Shown here: piece after piece, positions 50,684 to 62,741 of the stretch
Layout of the letters: each line of letters opens with the position of its first letter
Numbering within the stretch: the stretch's first letter is position 1
Assembly (NCBI GenBank): GCA_965242925.1
Contig: CBDEUM010000014.1
Location: 256,001-320,000, forward strand
Origin: Roseibacillus sp.
GTDB taxonomy: Bacteria; Verrucomicrobiota; Verrucomicrobiia; Verrucomicrobiales; Akkermansiaceae
Length of the DNA: 64,000 nt
Reading direction: 5' to 3'
Position numbers and translations under genes: made by a program
Notes under the pieces: generated by a model
Seen by the model: only the letters and a program-made list of their open reading frames with translations
The model's database searches: none
What the model was told of the DNA's origin: nothing

Positions 50684-51565
50684 ATGCGCAGCCTCCTCAC
50701 CCTGCGAAGCGCCATCCTGGCGATGGCGCTCTCGCCATTCTCACTCGACGCACAGGACGGCAAGACGCTCTTCGCCCAGCACTGTGCGGCCTGCCACCTG
50801 CCCGACCGCCAGCTGGTGGGTCCCTCGCTGGTCGAAGTCTCCAAGCTCTACTCGGCCAAGATCGACGAGTTCCTCTCCTGGTGCAAAAAACCCGTCCAAA
50901 AGCGTAAGGCAGTGATCCAGATGCCGCCCATGGGACACGTGGGCGACGCAAACCTCAAGCTGATCCATGCACATATCGTTGAGGCCTCCAAGGGACTGAA
51001 GGAAGTCAGGGTAAAGGGTCTCGACCCCTTCTACGCCTCCCCGAGCATGCGTAAGCGTCCACAGGTGCAGCGCATCTTCATGCCGGAAGCCGGGCCCGCT
51101 GCGATCGCAGTCGCCGTCACCGATGACCTGCACTACTGCTGGGATGCGGGCGAGTGCCGCCTGCGCTACATCTGGCAGGGTGATTTCATCGATGGCTGGG
51201 CGGTCTGGCGCGGAAACGGAAACGGACTCTCCAAGATCCAGGGCGAGATCCTCCTCCGCGAGGAACAAAACCCTGTTCCCCTGCTGCCCGATCCAGGCAA
51301 CTCCGCCCCGTCCCCTCCCAAGTTCCTCGGATATTCGCTTGTGGACGGCCTGCCCACCTTCCGCTGGCGGGTGGGGGAAATGGAGGTGGCGGAGACTATC
51401 CGGCCAACGGCCGACGGAACGGCCCTTGCACGCAGCTTCGAGCTGAAGGGCAGGGTCCCGCCGGCCCTGAAGTTCAAGTCCTCCGACAAGATGTCGATCT
51501 CCACCGAATCCGCGGTCCTCGACGGGAACGGCCGCCTCACCATCACGCTGACCCCAAGACCCTGA
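50684..51565 (+). CDS. Secreted c-type cytochrome fused to a beta-rich domain
   Basis: Signal peptide; G..LF...CAACH...LVGPSL, QMPPM distal Met. Confidence 0.85.
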   Translation: MRSLLTLRSAILAMALSPFSLDAQDGKTLFAQHCAACHLPDRQLVGPSLVEVSKLYSAKIDEFLSWCKKPVQKRKAVIQMPPMGHVGDANLKLIHAHIVEASKGLKEVRVKGLDPFYASPSMRKRPQVQRIFMPEAGPAAIAVAVTDDLHYCWDAGECRLRYIWQGDFIDGWAVWRGNGNGLSKIQGEILLREEQNPVPLLPDPGNSAPSPPKFLGYSLVDGLPTFRWRVGEMEVAETIRPTADGTALARSFELKGRVPPALKFKSSDKMSISTESAVLDGNGRLTITLTPRP

Positions 51566-53067
51566 TGCGTCCTGTTTTCATCCTGGCCCTCGCCTCCTGC
51601 CTCGCCTCCGCCGACGTCTGGACGGACACCTTCAGCATCGACAGAATCGCCCTCCCGCCCGGGATCGATCCGCAGATCGGCGGCATCGACACCACTCCCG
51701 GCGGCAACCTCGCCATGTGCTTTCACCGCGGCGAGGTTCTCCTCCACGACCCGGAGGCGGGTACCTGGCAGCGATTCGCGGAAGGTCTGCACGAACCACT
51801 CGGGCTTCTCGCTGAAAGCGAATCCAGTTTCCTCGTCATGCAGCGTCCCGAACTCACCCGCGTCTCCGATACCGACGGTGACGGGATGGCCGATCTCTAC
51901 GAAACCGTCTTTGACAGCTTCGGAATGACGGGCAACTACCATGAGTTTGCCTTCGGCCCCACCCGCGACCAGGAGGGCAACCTCTATCTCTCCCTCGGCA
52001 CCGCCTCCAATGGGGCGGGCATCCGGAAGGAAGTCCGCGGACGCTGGAGCGAAATCGGCCTAGCCCGCGAGCACATGCTGAATGGCCCCGGCTGGGGAAA
52101 GTTCAAGGGGCGCGCAGGCCGCATGTATGCCCGCGTACCCTACCGCGGATGGGTCCTGAAGGTCTCCCCCGATGGCAGGAAGTGGTGGCCCTTTGCCAGC
52201 GGGTTCCGGTCCCCGGAAGGACTCGGCTTCGACAAGGACGGCCGCCTCTACGTCACCGACAATCAGGGAGACTGGCTTGGAACCAGCAAGGTGTTCCATG
52301 TCCGCGAGGGACAATTCCACGGCCACCCGGCTTCCCTGGTCTGGACGGAGGGCTGGACCCGCGAACCGCTCAAGGTGCCGGTGGCTGAACTCGACAGGAT
52401 GCGCAGCCCCGCCATGGGATTGTTCCCGCATGGCGAACTGGCCAATTCGCCCACCGAACCGCACATGATCCCAAAGGGTGTCTTCGGTCCTCTCGGGGAG
52501 CAGATGCTCATCGGCGAGATGAACCATGCGAATCTCGTCCGCTTCCTGCCCGACCCAGTGGGCAATATCTCCCAGGGCGCGGCCATTCCCTTCCTGCGCA
52601 CGGGAGCGCTTGGTCGGGGGAACCATCGCATGACCTTTACCCCGGATGGATCACTCTGGATCGCCAAGACCCATCTCTTATGGGCCGGCGCAAACGGTCT
52701 GGTCAGGATCCGCCTGAAGAAAGACGCCGGGGACTTCCTGGCCATTGACCGCGTCAAACTGCTCGACCGGGGCTTCGCCCTCGGCTTCACCCAACCGGTC
52801 GATGCGGCCGTCCTGCAAGGCGTGAAAGTCCGCCGCCATACCTATAAGTATCACCAGGGCTACGGATCACCAAAGGTCGACGACAAGGACGTTCCCTGCG
52901 CGGTCACCGAGGTTTCACCGACCACCCGCACCTGCGTGGTGAAGGTCGGTGATCTGAGAGAAGGATATCTTTATACCATCAGCCTGCCGGGCGTCACCTC
53001 GACCGGGGGCAAACCCCTCCTCGGGGAGAAGGTTTATTACACTCTCGTGAAGAAACGCGGCTCGTGA
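51565..53067 (+). CDS. PVC-type/sorbosone-dehydrogenase-like beta-propeller protein
   Basis: TGATG overlap with the cytochrome gene; GLHEPLGL, D.DGDG.AD, NYHEFAFG, GFRSP.G, TDNQGDW. Confidence 0.82.
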   Translation: MRPVFILALASCLASADVWTDTFSIDRIALPPGIDPQIGGIDTTPGGNLAMCFHRGEVLLHDPEAGTWQRFAEGLHEPLGLLAESESSFLVMQRPELTRVSDTDGDGMADLYETVFDSFGMTGNYHEFAFGPTRDQEGNLYLSLGTASNGAGIRKEVRGRWSEIGLAREHMLNGPGWGKFKGRAGRMYARVPYRGWVLKVSPDGRKWWPFASGFRSPEGLGFDKDGRLYVTDNQGDWLGTSKVFHVREGQFHGHPASLVWTEGWTREPLKVPVAELDRMRSPAMGLFPHGELANSPTEPHMIPKGVFGPLGEQMLIGEMNHANLVRFLPDPVGNISQGAAIPFLRTGALGRGNHRMTFTPDGSLWIAKTHLLWAGANGLVRIRLKKDAGDFLAIDRVKLLDRGFALGFTQPVDAAVLQGVKVRRHTYKYHQGYGSPKVDDKDVPCAVTEVSPTTRTCVVKVGDLREGYLYTISLPGVTSTGGKPLLGEKVYYTLVKKRGS

Positions 53068-53380
53068 GGAAACTCGACGGGGAAATCTCCAAATAAGACC
53101 AATCTCCAAGTTCCCAAAACTCAGGACGCGGGAGGATTGCTCTTTGGATCCTGAGATTTACCTGGAAATTGGCCTGTCGAGCCTGCGCCTTGAGATTAGG
53201 ACTGAGAATCAGGCTGTCGCGCCGATATCGGCCCGCCGCAAATTCTCCTGAATCCCCGCTTCCTCTCGCTATGGATTACCCATGAAAGCTCCAGTTCCTG
53301 AATCGTCCCCATCCCCAAAAAAACTCGCCTCGCGGATCTAATCCATCTAAAATCGAGGTCCCCCATCTCCTCTTCTTGTC

Positions 53381-56300
53381 ATGACCTCTCCCTCTCTTCT
53401 GGCTCTGGTCGCGCTGGTTCTGGCGGCTACTTTTCTAGCGCCCCCGCTGCGGGCCGAAGATGACACCTTTCAGCCCATCGAGGCCCAGATGACCAATCGG
53501 GCAGTGGTCATGAAATTGACCGGCGGCGTGCGGCGTGTCCGCCTGCGCGTGCGCACTGAAGAGGGCGCTTGGAAGACGGTCACCATCGCCCACCTCGAGG
53601 GCAGTGAGGGTTTCCTTAAACTCCGCCTGCCCGACGACGTGGCCGAGGAAGACTGCGAGATCTCCATCAGCAAATACGATCCCTTTCCCTACCGCGTTTA
53701 CCAGGGGGCCACCAAATTCGACCCCACCGATTCGGACGGCAATCAAGCCGCCCTGGCCGGGGGTGAGCGCTTCGCGGCTGTGGACGCAACGAGCCCGGAA
53801 GGCGAGGAAGTGGTGGAAGAGTCCGACATCTGGAAATGGCGCGACGAGACTCTCTACTTTTTCAACCAGTACAAGGGTCTCCAGGCCATCGATGTCTCCG
53901 ATCCCGCCGCGCCCAGGCGACTCGCCACCTACCCCGTCGATGGCTACGGCGAGCAGATGTACATCCACCCGCAGTCCAATCTCGTCATGCTTCTCAATTA
54001 CGATCGCAATACGGGCGACGGCAGGGTCGACCTGGTGGCCCACGACTCGCCCACCGAACTCACCCTGCGGGACACCTTCCGCGTCCCGGGTGCCATCCTG
54101 GAATCCCGCCTCATCGGCAACATCCTCTACGTGATCTCCCGCGACTCGTGGCGGGTTGAGACCACGGACCAGGACGGTGTCGTGCACGTTTTGAACCGAT
54201 CCGGCCTGGCCATCACCAAGATCGACCTCAATGATCCCGAAAACCCGATTGTCGATTACCCCCTGAGCCTCGGCAGCGAGCTTTACAGCTACTGGGGCGC
54301 GCAGGTCCAGGCCACCTCCGAGGCCCTCCTCATTTCCACCAACGCCTACGACCAGGTGCGCGGCCAGTCGATCTCCACTGTCCACGTGGTCGACATCTCC
54401 AATCCCAACCAACTCCCACAGGTCTCTCACCGCTTCCAGGTGGCCGGCGAGGTCCGCAACAAGTTCAACATGCGGCTCAGGGACGACGTCCTCACCGTGG
54501 TGAGCCAGATCTGGCGCAACATCAACGGAACTCGCCGGATCAGTGCCAGCGTAGAGGCCTTCGACCTCGCCACCGGACGCCGCGGAGGATCTCTCACCTT
54601 CGCCAACAACGAGACCATCACTGCCGCCCGCTTTTCGGGGGACCTCCTCTACGTAGTGACCTTCCTGCGCATCGACCCGCTCTTTGTGATCGACCTCTCG
54701 CGGCCTCTCTCTCCCCGCATGGTGAGCGAGTTGGAGATCCCCGGCTTTTCCACCTACCTGCAGCCTTACGGCGAAGACGCCCTCCTTTCCATCGGAGTGG
54801 AAGACCGCAAGATCGCAGTCTCCTGGTTCGATGTGAGCGATCCCTCCAACACTTCCCTGGCCTCCCGCGTCTACATCGGCGCAGAAGATGGCTGGGCCTG
54901 GACCGAGGCCAACTGGGATGAAAAGGCCTTCGGCTATTATCCCGCCGACGACCTTCTCCTCGTGCCCTACCAGGGATCCGATCCGGAGAAGGGACGGCAG
55001 AGCGGGGTGCAACTGGTCGAACTGGGCGACCGGGAACTCACCAAGCGCGGATCCTTCGAGCACCAGTTCCAGGCCCGCCGCGCCAAGGTGCTAAACGATG
55101 CGGTGGTCTCCATCTCCGGCCGTGCCCTGCGTTCGCTCGACATCAGCGACCGCGACAACCCCAAGCTCCTGGCCGAACTGATGCTCGCCTGGCCCGTCGA
55201 CTCCGTCTACCGGAAGGACAACCGGCTCTACCAGCTGGAACGCGGGGACAACTCCTGGCAGTGGTGGGGAAGCAGTGCGGACTCCTCCTACCTCCACCTC
55301 AGCCCGGCGGACGATGCCGAGGAACTGATCACCACCCTCGAACTGCCCGGCGGTGAGCTGAGCGGGTCGTTTCTTCATGACAATTGCCTCTTCGTGGCGC
55401 AGACCCGGTCCCTCATCGTGGAAGGGGAACCCACCCGCGTGATCTTCACCACCAGCGTGATCGACCTCGGCGATCCGGACCGGCCCATCATCGTCGGCAG
55501 CCACGACCATACCTCTGAAATCGAAGACCACTTCGGATGGGGCTTTGGTGCGGACTATACGGGCACCTTGCTCCCGGACGGCACGCTCCTCTGGCACCCC
55601 AGCGAACTGAGTTCTGCCTGGGGCTTCCCCCTCCGGGATCTCGACTGGGGACCGGGCCTCTGGGCTCCACCCACCCCGGGCCGGGCCTACAGCGTCGATA
55701 TCTCCGACAAGACCAACCCCCGGATCCTGGCCTCCGTCGGCCTCGAGACCGGGGAAGAAACCTGGTCGGAGGGCGCGGTCATCGTTGTCGGTTCCACCCT
55801 CTACTACGGCACCCAAAAGAGCGAGCCCATTGCAGAGCGCGACGAAACCAGCCGCTGGATCGCGCGTCACTGGCTGGGCCACGTCGACTTCAGCGACCCC
55901 GCCCATCCGGTGGAGGGCGACCCGGCGGAACTGCCCGGCACCTTCGAGCACGGCGTCCTCACTCCCTCCGGCGGCCATCTCCTCTTCAGCACACACCGGG
56001 AGTCCTACCGCGACCAGGATGACAGCTGGCATCAGGATCTCAAGATCCAGACCCTCGCCTTCGATGGCGTGAACGCCTTTTTCATCGCAGAAGTCACGGC
56101 CCCCGATTGGGCCTGGGGCGCGAAGGCCTTCGAGGGAGCGACCATGACGCTGGGAAATGACTCCTACGCTGAAGATCTACGCACCGCTCAAATCGACATC
56201 CACCGCTGGAACTTCGATGGCACCTTCCTGGATATCCAGAAGTGGGAGTTTCCCGATCTGCGCGTCTACGACCTCCATATCGAAGACGACCTCCTCATTA

Positions 56301-57079
56301 TCGCAGGCGGCGATCTCACCTTTATCGACTTCGCGGATCCTTCCGATCCCACTCCCACCTTCGTCACCTTCCGGCCCCGTAACTACTACTGGCACCGCCC
56401 CGGGGAGATCGAGATCCATGAGCGCTCCTTCGCCTACGTGCCCCAAAATATCTATGGCGTTGAGGTCCTCGACTTCGGAGGGGCCTTCGATCCGAATCCC
56501 GACCCGGGCCCACAACCCACAGAGCGTCCCGGCGACGAGTGGGACAAGGTTTCGCTCGAGTGGCTCCCCCTCACCTACGCAGACAATTCGCTCATGCTGG
56601 CAGCCCTCCCGCCCACCGCGAACTGGTCCATCTGCATCCCCGGAGAAGGCTTCTGCATGTCCTACGAGGACTGGGCCCGCCAAGCCTTCCAGCTAGACGA
56701 AGGCGACCCCATCCCGGACTTCTCCGCCGATGACGACCGCGATGGCCGCGACAATGGCTGGGAGTACTTCACCGGAACCGATCCACAAGAGGCGCGCCAC
56801 TACGCCGACTTCGAGATTCAGCTCGTCACCGACAGGGACGGTGAGCAGTACCTGAGCGGACACGTCCTCGTGAATCCCTCTGCTCCCGTTCTCTCCAACA
56901 TGATCCCGGAGCTCTCCCACGACCTCATCGAGTGGCAGAGCGACACCCGGCTCTTTGAGGTGGCCGCCCATCCCTTCGAGCTCCGGCCCGGATTGGGATG
57001 GAGAACGGCCAGCCCGGTCCGAGATCACAAGGAAGCCTTCCTGCGGGTCAAGGTGAGTCCCGCCCTGCCCGGAAACTAG
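53381..57079 (+). CDS. Large secreted beta-propeller domain protein (Beta_propel-like)
   Basis: Signal peptide; VEESDIWK, E.I.AARF.GD..YVVTF..IDPLFVIDLS.P..P....ELEIPGFSTYL.P, FDVSDP. Confidence 0.85.
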   Translation: MTSPSLLALVALVLAATFLAPPLRAEDDTFQPIEAQMTNRAVVMKLTGGVRRVRLRVRTEEGAWKTVTIAHLEGSEGFLKLRLPDDVAEEDCEISISKYDPFPYRVYQGATKFDPTDSDGNQAALAGGERFAAVDATSPEGEEVVEESDIWKWRDETLYFFNQYKGLQAIDVSDPAAPRRLATYPVDGYGEQMYIHPQSNLVMLLNYDRNTGDGRVDLVAHDSPTELTLRDTFRVPGAILESRLIGNILYVISRDSWRVETTDQDGVVHVLNRSGLAITKIDLNDPENPIVDYPLSLGSELYSYWGAQVQATSEALLISTNAYDQVRGQSISTVHVVDISNPNQLPQVSHRFQVAGEVRNKFNMRLRDDVLTVVSQIWRNINGTRRISASVEAFDLATGRRGGSLTFANNETITAARFSGDLLYVVTFLRIDPLFVIDLSRPLSPRMVSELEIPGFSTYLQPYGEDALLSIGVEDRKIAVSWFDVSDPSNTSLASRVYIGAEDGWAWTEANWDEKAFGYYPADDLLLVPYQGSDPEKGRQSGVQLVELGDRELTKRGSFEHQFQARRAKVLNDAVVSISGRALRSLDISDRDNPKLLAELMLAWPVDSVYRKDNRLYQLERGDNSWQWWGSSADSSYLHLSPADDAEELITTLELPGGELSGSFLHDNCLFVAQTRSLIVEGEPTRVIFTTSVIDLGDPDRPIIVGSHDHTSEIEDHFGWGFGADYTGTLLPDGTLLWHPSELSSAWGFPLRDLDWGPGLWAPPTPGRAYSVDISDKTNPRILASVGLETGEETWSEGAVIVVGSTLYYGTQKSEPIAERDETSRWIARHWLGHVDFSDPAHPVEGDPAELPGTFEHGVLTPSGGHLLFSTHRESYRDQDDSWHQDLKIQTLAFDGVNAFFIAEVTAPDWAWGAKAFEGATMTLGNDSYAEDLRTAQIDIHRWNFDGTFLDIQKWEFPDLRVYDLHIEDDLLIIAGGDLTFIDFADPSDPTPTFVTFRPRNYYWHRPGEIEIHERSFAYVPQNIYGVEVLDFGGAFDPNPDPGPQPTERPGDEWDKVSLEWLPLTYADNSLMLAALPPTANWSICIPGEGFCMSYEDWARQAFQLDEGDPIPDFSADDDRDGRDNGWEYFTGTDPQEARHYADFEIQLVTDRDGEQYLSGHVLVNPSAPVLSNMIPELSHDLIEWQSDTRLFEVAAHPFELRPGLGWRTASPVRDHKEAFLRVKVSPALPGN

Positions 57080-57129
57080 CGAATTGATCAGTGCTGGAAT
57101 TTCCGCACTTCCCGGGATAGGATCCCCGG

Positions 57130-57903
57130 GTGCGGAAGATCCTCATCCGGGCCACCCTCATCCTTCTGCTCGTCGGCACCTGCTTCGCTGGCTGGGTTTA
57201 CCGTGCCAGGATTGTCGCTCTGGTAGAGACGGCCATCGTTTCGTCCACCGCCTCCGACCCTGCTCCCGACCCTGAGACCTATTCCGTCCTCTCAGAGAGC
57301 CTGGAGGAACATCGCAGGCGCCTGAGCACCGACTACCTTCGGACCACCAGCAACACCGAGCGCACGAAAATCCTGGGACAGGCCCGCAAATTGCTGGAAA
57401 TGAGCCTTCCCCGCCTGATGCGCTGCTGGTTGGGCACCCCCTGGGACTTCAATGGCATCGCACACGAACCGGGCGACGGCAAGGTGGCCTGTGGATACTT
57501 CGTTTCCTCCGTTCTCCAGGATGCGGGCTTCCGTGTTGAGTGGGCCCCTCTCGCCCAGCAGGCGTCGCAGAACATCCTGGGCACCTTTCTCTCTCCTGAC
57601 GACATGAAGATCCGGGTGGGTGTTGACTACGAGCGGTTTCTCTCCGAAGTCCTGTCCTGCGGGAACGGAATCTATATCGTGGGCCTCGACAGCCACGTCG
57701 CCTTCCTGGTGGTCACCGACGGAGGCGAGATCCATTTCATCCATTCCTCTGGCGCCAGCCCCTACTGCGTGGTCGACGAATCCCGCGAGGACGCCCAGGT
57801 CCTGCGCCGTTCCAACTACCGCGTGACCGGCAACCTCACCGCCAACAGCGAGGTGATCCGCAACTGGCTCCTGGGCGCCAGATTCAAGACCAGGACCCTC
57901 TGA
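57130..57903 (+). CDS. Membrane-anchored NlpC/P60-like (papain-fold) protein
   Basis: N-terminal TM; WLGTPW.F.G, ACGYFV (Cys), SHVAFL (His), FIHSS. Confidence 0.6.
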   Translation: MRKILIRATLILLLVGTCFAGWVYRARIVALVETAIVSSTASDPAPDPETYSVLSESLEEHRRRLSTDYLRTTSNTERTKILGQARKLLEMSLPRLMRCWLGTPWDFNGIAHEPGDGKVACGYFVSSVLQDAGFRVEWAPLAQQASQNILGTFLSPDDMKIRVGVDYERFLSEVLSCGNGIYIVGLDSHVAFLVVTDGGEIHFIHSSGASPYCVVDESREDAQVLRRSNYRVTGNLTANSEVIRNWLLGARFKTRTL

Positions 57904-57939
57904 CCGGAGGCGGAGCGGCCCCGGCAGGAAGGATGCCGC

Positions 57940-58488
57940 TCAAATCTCGCCGGAATCATTGCCGAGGAGAGCCAGGCAGTCCGCCCGCGACCTGGGCAAT
58001 CCTCCAAAAGCCCGCTCCAGAGCCGCTCCCGCATTCAGCCCTTCATGGCCCACTCCCAGCAGTTCCGCCAGCTGCCGCTCGTAGTGCAGGAGCGTCCTAC
58101 GGTCCGCCGGTGCCTTCACGAGGTAGGAAAGGGCGCGCCGCAACAGATCGAAGAGTTCCGGAACGGGGTGCTCACGCTCTACTCCCTGTTCAAGAAGCTG
58201 CCCAAAGTAGGCCGCCAGCATTGTGTGGGCATAGCTGCGACGCAACTCGGTGCGAAACTCGGCCACCTCCGCCTCCTTCAGGATGTGCAATTCGCTTTTC
58301 CGGCTGGGCACCCACACGAGGTCCGCTTCCACAAAGAGGTCGAGCTTGCCCGCAAAAGGGCTCTTTGCCCTCCGGGCACCCTTCGCCACCGTCTTCAACA
58401 AACCCGCCTCCTCGGTGCACCAGTGCACGATCAGGCTGGTGTCACCCAGCCTGGTGAGCCGGATCACAATCCCGCGCGCCTTGTCCAT
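57940..58488 (-). CDS. recO: DNA repair protein RecO (short form)
   Basis: GIVIR...LGDTSLIV...T...G....VAKGARR.KS.F.G.LDLF. Confidence 0.88.
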   Translation of the reverse strand: MDKARGIVIRLTRLGDTSLIVHWCTEEAGLLKTVAKGARRAKSPFAGKLDLFVEADLVWVPSRKSELHILKEAEVAEFRTELRRSYAHTMLAAYFGQLLEQGVEREHPVPELFDLLRRALSYLVKAPADRRTLLHYERQLAELLGVGHEGLNAGAALERAFGGLPRSRADCLALLGNDSGEI

Positions 58489-58695
58489 CCCCCACGTTCT
58501 AGATTTCCCCGAGGGGAGCGGGCCCCCGGCCGGACACCGGCATCATGATCAGATCCTGCCCCCCTGCGCATATCATCACCCCAACCTCCCGAGCCCGCCT
58601 CCCCCTGTCAAGGCTGCGCTGAAAGAGGAAGATTGCGCTACGGTTTCGATGGCCGCGGCCCACCATCTCTGGTAGGGCATCGTTCTTCCGCCACA

Positions 58696-59916
58696 ATGTC
58701 TGCGCTCGTCTCCCTTCTCGGAATGGCCGCCCTCCTGGGCATCGCAGTGCTTGCTTCCTCCGATCGGCGCGCCATTCGCCTCCGCAGCGTCCTGGGAGCC
58801 TTTCTCGTCCAGGCGGGGCTCGGAGCCTTCGTCCTCTTCACTCCCTGGGGCCAAGCGGTCCTGGGCGCTCTCTCGGAGCTGGTCCGGGCCATCATCACGA
58901 GCGGGGACAAGGGCATCTCCTTTCTCTTCGGCTCACTCGCCGAGCAGGACTCGATGGGCTTCATCTTCGTGGTCAGGGTTCTCCCCGTCATCATCTTTTT
59001 TGCTTCGCTGATCGCGGTCCTCTACCACCTGAAGATCATGCCTCTCATCATCCGGACCCTCGGGGGAGCCCTCCGCAAGGCCCTGGGGACGAGCCGGGCA
59101 GAATCCCTCTCGGCCACCGCCAATATCTTCGTGGGACAGACCGAGGCTCCGCTCGTGGTGCGCCCCTACATCCCCCGCATGACCCAGTCCGAGCTCTTCG
59201 CCATCATGGTGGGCGGGCTTGCTTCCATCGCCGGATCGGTCCTCGCCGCCTATGCCGGCATGGGAGTGAAGCTGGAATATCTCCTCGCCGCCTCCTTCAT
59301 GGCGGCCCCAGGCGGATTGCTCTTTGCAAAGATCCTTCTCCCCGAGAGTGAAGTACCCGAGGAACACCTGCCCCATGACGATGAGGAGGACAAACCCGTC
59401 AACGTCCTCGACGCCGCGGCCCAGGGAGCCTCCGCCGGCCTGAAACTCGCCCTCAATGTAGGGGCCATGCTACTTGCCTTCATCGCGCTCATCGCGCTCC
59501 TCAATCTTGGCCTGGGAACGGTGGGGGGCTGGTTCGGACACTCCGATCTCACCCTCCAGCAGATCCTGGGCGTTCTCTTCGCTCCTCTCGCCTGGATCCT
59601 CGGTGTTCCCTGGGAGGAGGCCGGCCGGGCCGGGAGCTTCATCGGCCAGAAGATTGTCCTCAACGAGTTCGTGGCTTACAAGGCGCTCCTCGACGACGGC
59701 TCCCTCTCACCACTCTCCGAGGGCATCGTCACTTTTGCGCTCTGCGGCTTCGCGAATCTTTCCTCCATCGCCATCCTGCTCGGGGGACTGGGGGGAATGG
59801 CCCCTACCCGACGCAAGGACATCGCCCGCCTGGGCCTGAAGGCCGTCTTTGCAGCTTCCCTCGCCAACTTCATGAGCGCCGCCATCGCCGGTCTCTTTCT
59901 CGCCCTGAGCCTGTAA
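58696..59916 (+). CDS. nupC: NupC/CNT family nucleoside transporter
   Basis: [51 protein letters not shown]. Confidence 0.96.
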   Translation: MSALVSLLGMAALLGIAVLASSDRRAIRLRSVLGAFLVQAGLGAFVLFTPWGQAVLGALSELVRAIITSGDKGISFLFGSLAEQDSMGFIFVVRVLPVIIFFASLIAVLYHLKIMPLIIRTLGGALRKALGTSRAESLSATANIFVGQTEAPLVVRPYIPRMTQSELFAIMVGGLASIAGSVLAAYAGMGVKLEYLLAASFMAAPGGLLFAKILLPESEVPEEHLPHDDEEDKPVNVLDAAAQGASAGLKLALNVGAMLLAFIALIALLNLGLGTVGGWFGHSDLTLQQILGVLFAPLAWILGVPWEEAGRAGSFIGQKIVLNEFVAYKALLDDGSLSPLSEGIVTFALCGFANLSSIAILLGGLGGMAPTRRKDIARLGLKAVFAASLANFMSAAIAGLFLALSL

Positions 59917-59963
59917 GAAAAATCAAGCCCATGCCGGACCCGCAGCCATCTTCCAGAAAACCA

Positions 59964-60131
59964 ATGATCGAGATTTTCCTCGCCCTCGCCGTCGGCATGG
60001 TCGTCGGCTTCCTCTTCAGTGCCTGCAAGCTCCCCCTCCCTGCCCCGCCGGCCATTGCCGGGGTGGTGGGAATCGTGGGAATCTATCTCGGAGCCCAAGT
60101 CTGGCCCCTGCTCGCAAACCTGTTTTCCTGA
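59964..60131 (+). CDS. XapX (DUF1427) small membrane protein
   Basis: G.VVGFLF...KLPLPAPP.IAG.VGI.GIYLG. Confidence 0.85.
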   Translation: MIEIFLALAVGMVVGFLFSACKLPLPAPPAIAGVVGIVGIYLGAQVWPLLANLFS

Positions 60132-60160
60132 ACGCCCTGCAGCCGCCAAAACCTGCCGTG

Positions 60161-61485
<1,325 letters not shown>

Positions 61486-61489
<4 letters not shown>

Positions 61490-62709
61490 AACGAGTCATC
61501 CTTCTCGTCATGGACTCCCTCGGAATCGGGAGCGCCCCCGATGCGGCCCGTTTCAGAGGGGACGGCTTTACCGACGAGGGTGCCAACACCCTGGGACACA
61601 TCGCCGATACCCTTGCCCTCGCCGGCACCCCCCTCCAGCTTCCCAATCTCGCCCGGTTGGGACTCCTGCACGCCTTCCTCGCCAAGTGCGGAAGCCCTCC
61701 CGCCGGGATGATCCCGCCGGAGGAAGTCGCAGGCTCCTGGGCTTTCGCCCGGGAAATCAGCCCGGGCAAGGACACCCCTAGCGGACACTGGGAAATTGCC
61801 GGCGTCCCGGTTCCCTTCGACTGGTCCTACTTTCCGAAGGAGAGGCCGTGCTTTCCCGCGGAACTGCTTGCCCGGATCGCTGAGCGCAGCAGAGTGGAAG
61901 GCTCGCTCGGCAATTGCCACAGCTCGGGCACCGAAATCATCTCCCGGCTGGGTGGGGAGCACCTCACCACCGGCAGGCCCATCTGCTACACCTCGGCTGA
62001 TAGTGTCTTCCAGATTGCCGCTCACGAGGAACACTTCGGCCTCGAACGACTGCTCGACCTGTGCCGCTGCGTCCGCAGCCTTCTCGACGAAAGCGACCTC
62101 ATGATTGGACGGGTCATCGCCCGGCCCTTCCTCGGATCCGGTCCCGAGGATTTCAAACGGACCGGTAACCGCCACGATTTCGCGATCCCTCCCCCTGCTC
62201 CCACCGTTCTCCAGAAAGTCTGCGAGGCGGGCGGATCCGTCATCGGGGTAGGTAAAATTGGCGACATCTACGCTCACACCGGCATCACCGAAGAGATCAG
62301 GGCCAGTGGTCACCCGGCACTCTGGCAAAACACCCTGTCCGCCCTCCAGCGGACCGGCGATCGCAGCCTCGTGATGACCAATTTTGTCGACTTTGATGCC
62401 CTCTACGGTCATCGGCGCGATGTTCCGGGCTACGGTCAGGCCCTGCAGGAATTCGATGCCGCCCTCCCCGCCCTCCTCGGGGCCCTTGAGCCGGACGATC
62501 TCCTCATCATCACAGCGGATCATGGAAACGACCCTACCTGGCCCGGAACCGACCACACCCGCGAGGACGTCCCGGTCCTGCTGCATGGCAACGCCGTTCC
62601 AGCCGGGGCCGACCGGGGGGCGCGGGAAACCTTTGCAGACATCGGCCAGACCATCGCAGACTACTTCTCGTTACCCGCCATGGAGAGCGGTACGTCCCTC
62701 CTGGGCTAG
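61486..62709 (+). CDS. deoB: Phosphopentomutase
   Basis: ATGA overlap; MDS.GIG...[54 protein letters not shown]. Confidence 0.97.
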
Positions 62710-62741
62710 TTTCTCCCCGGAAGCATCACCCCCCATCCGCC

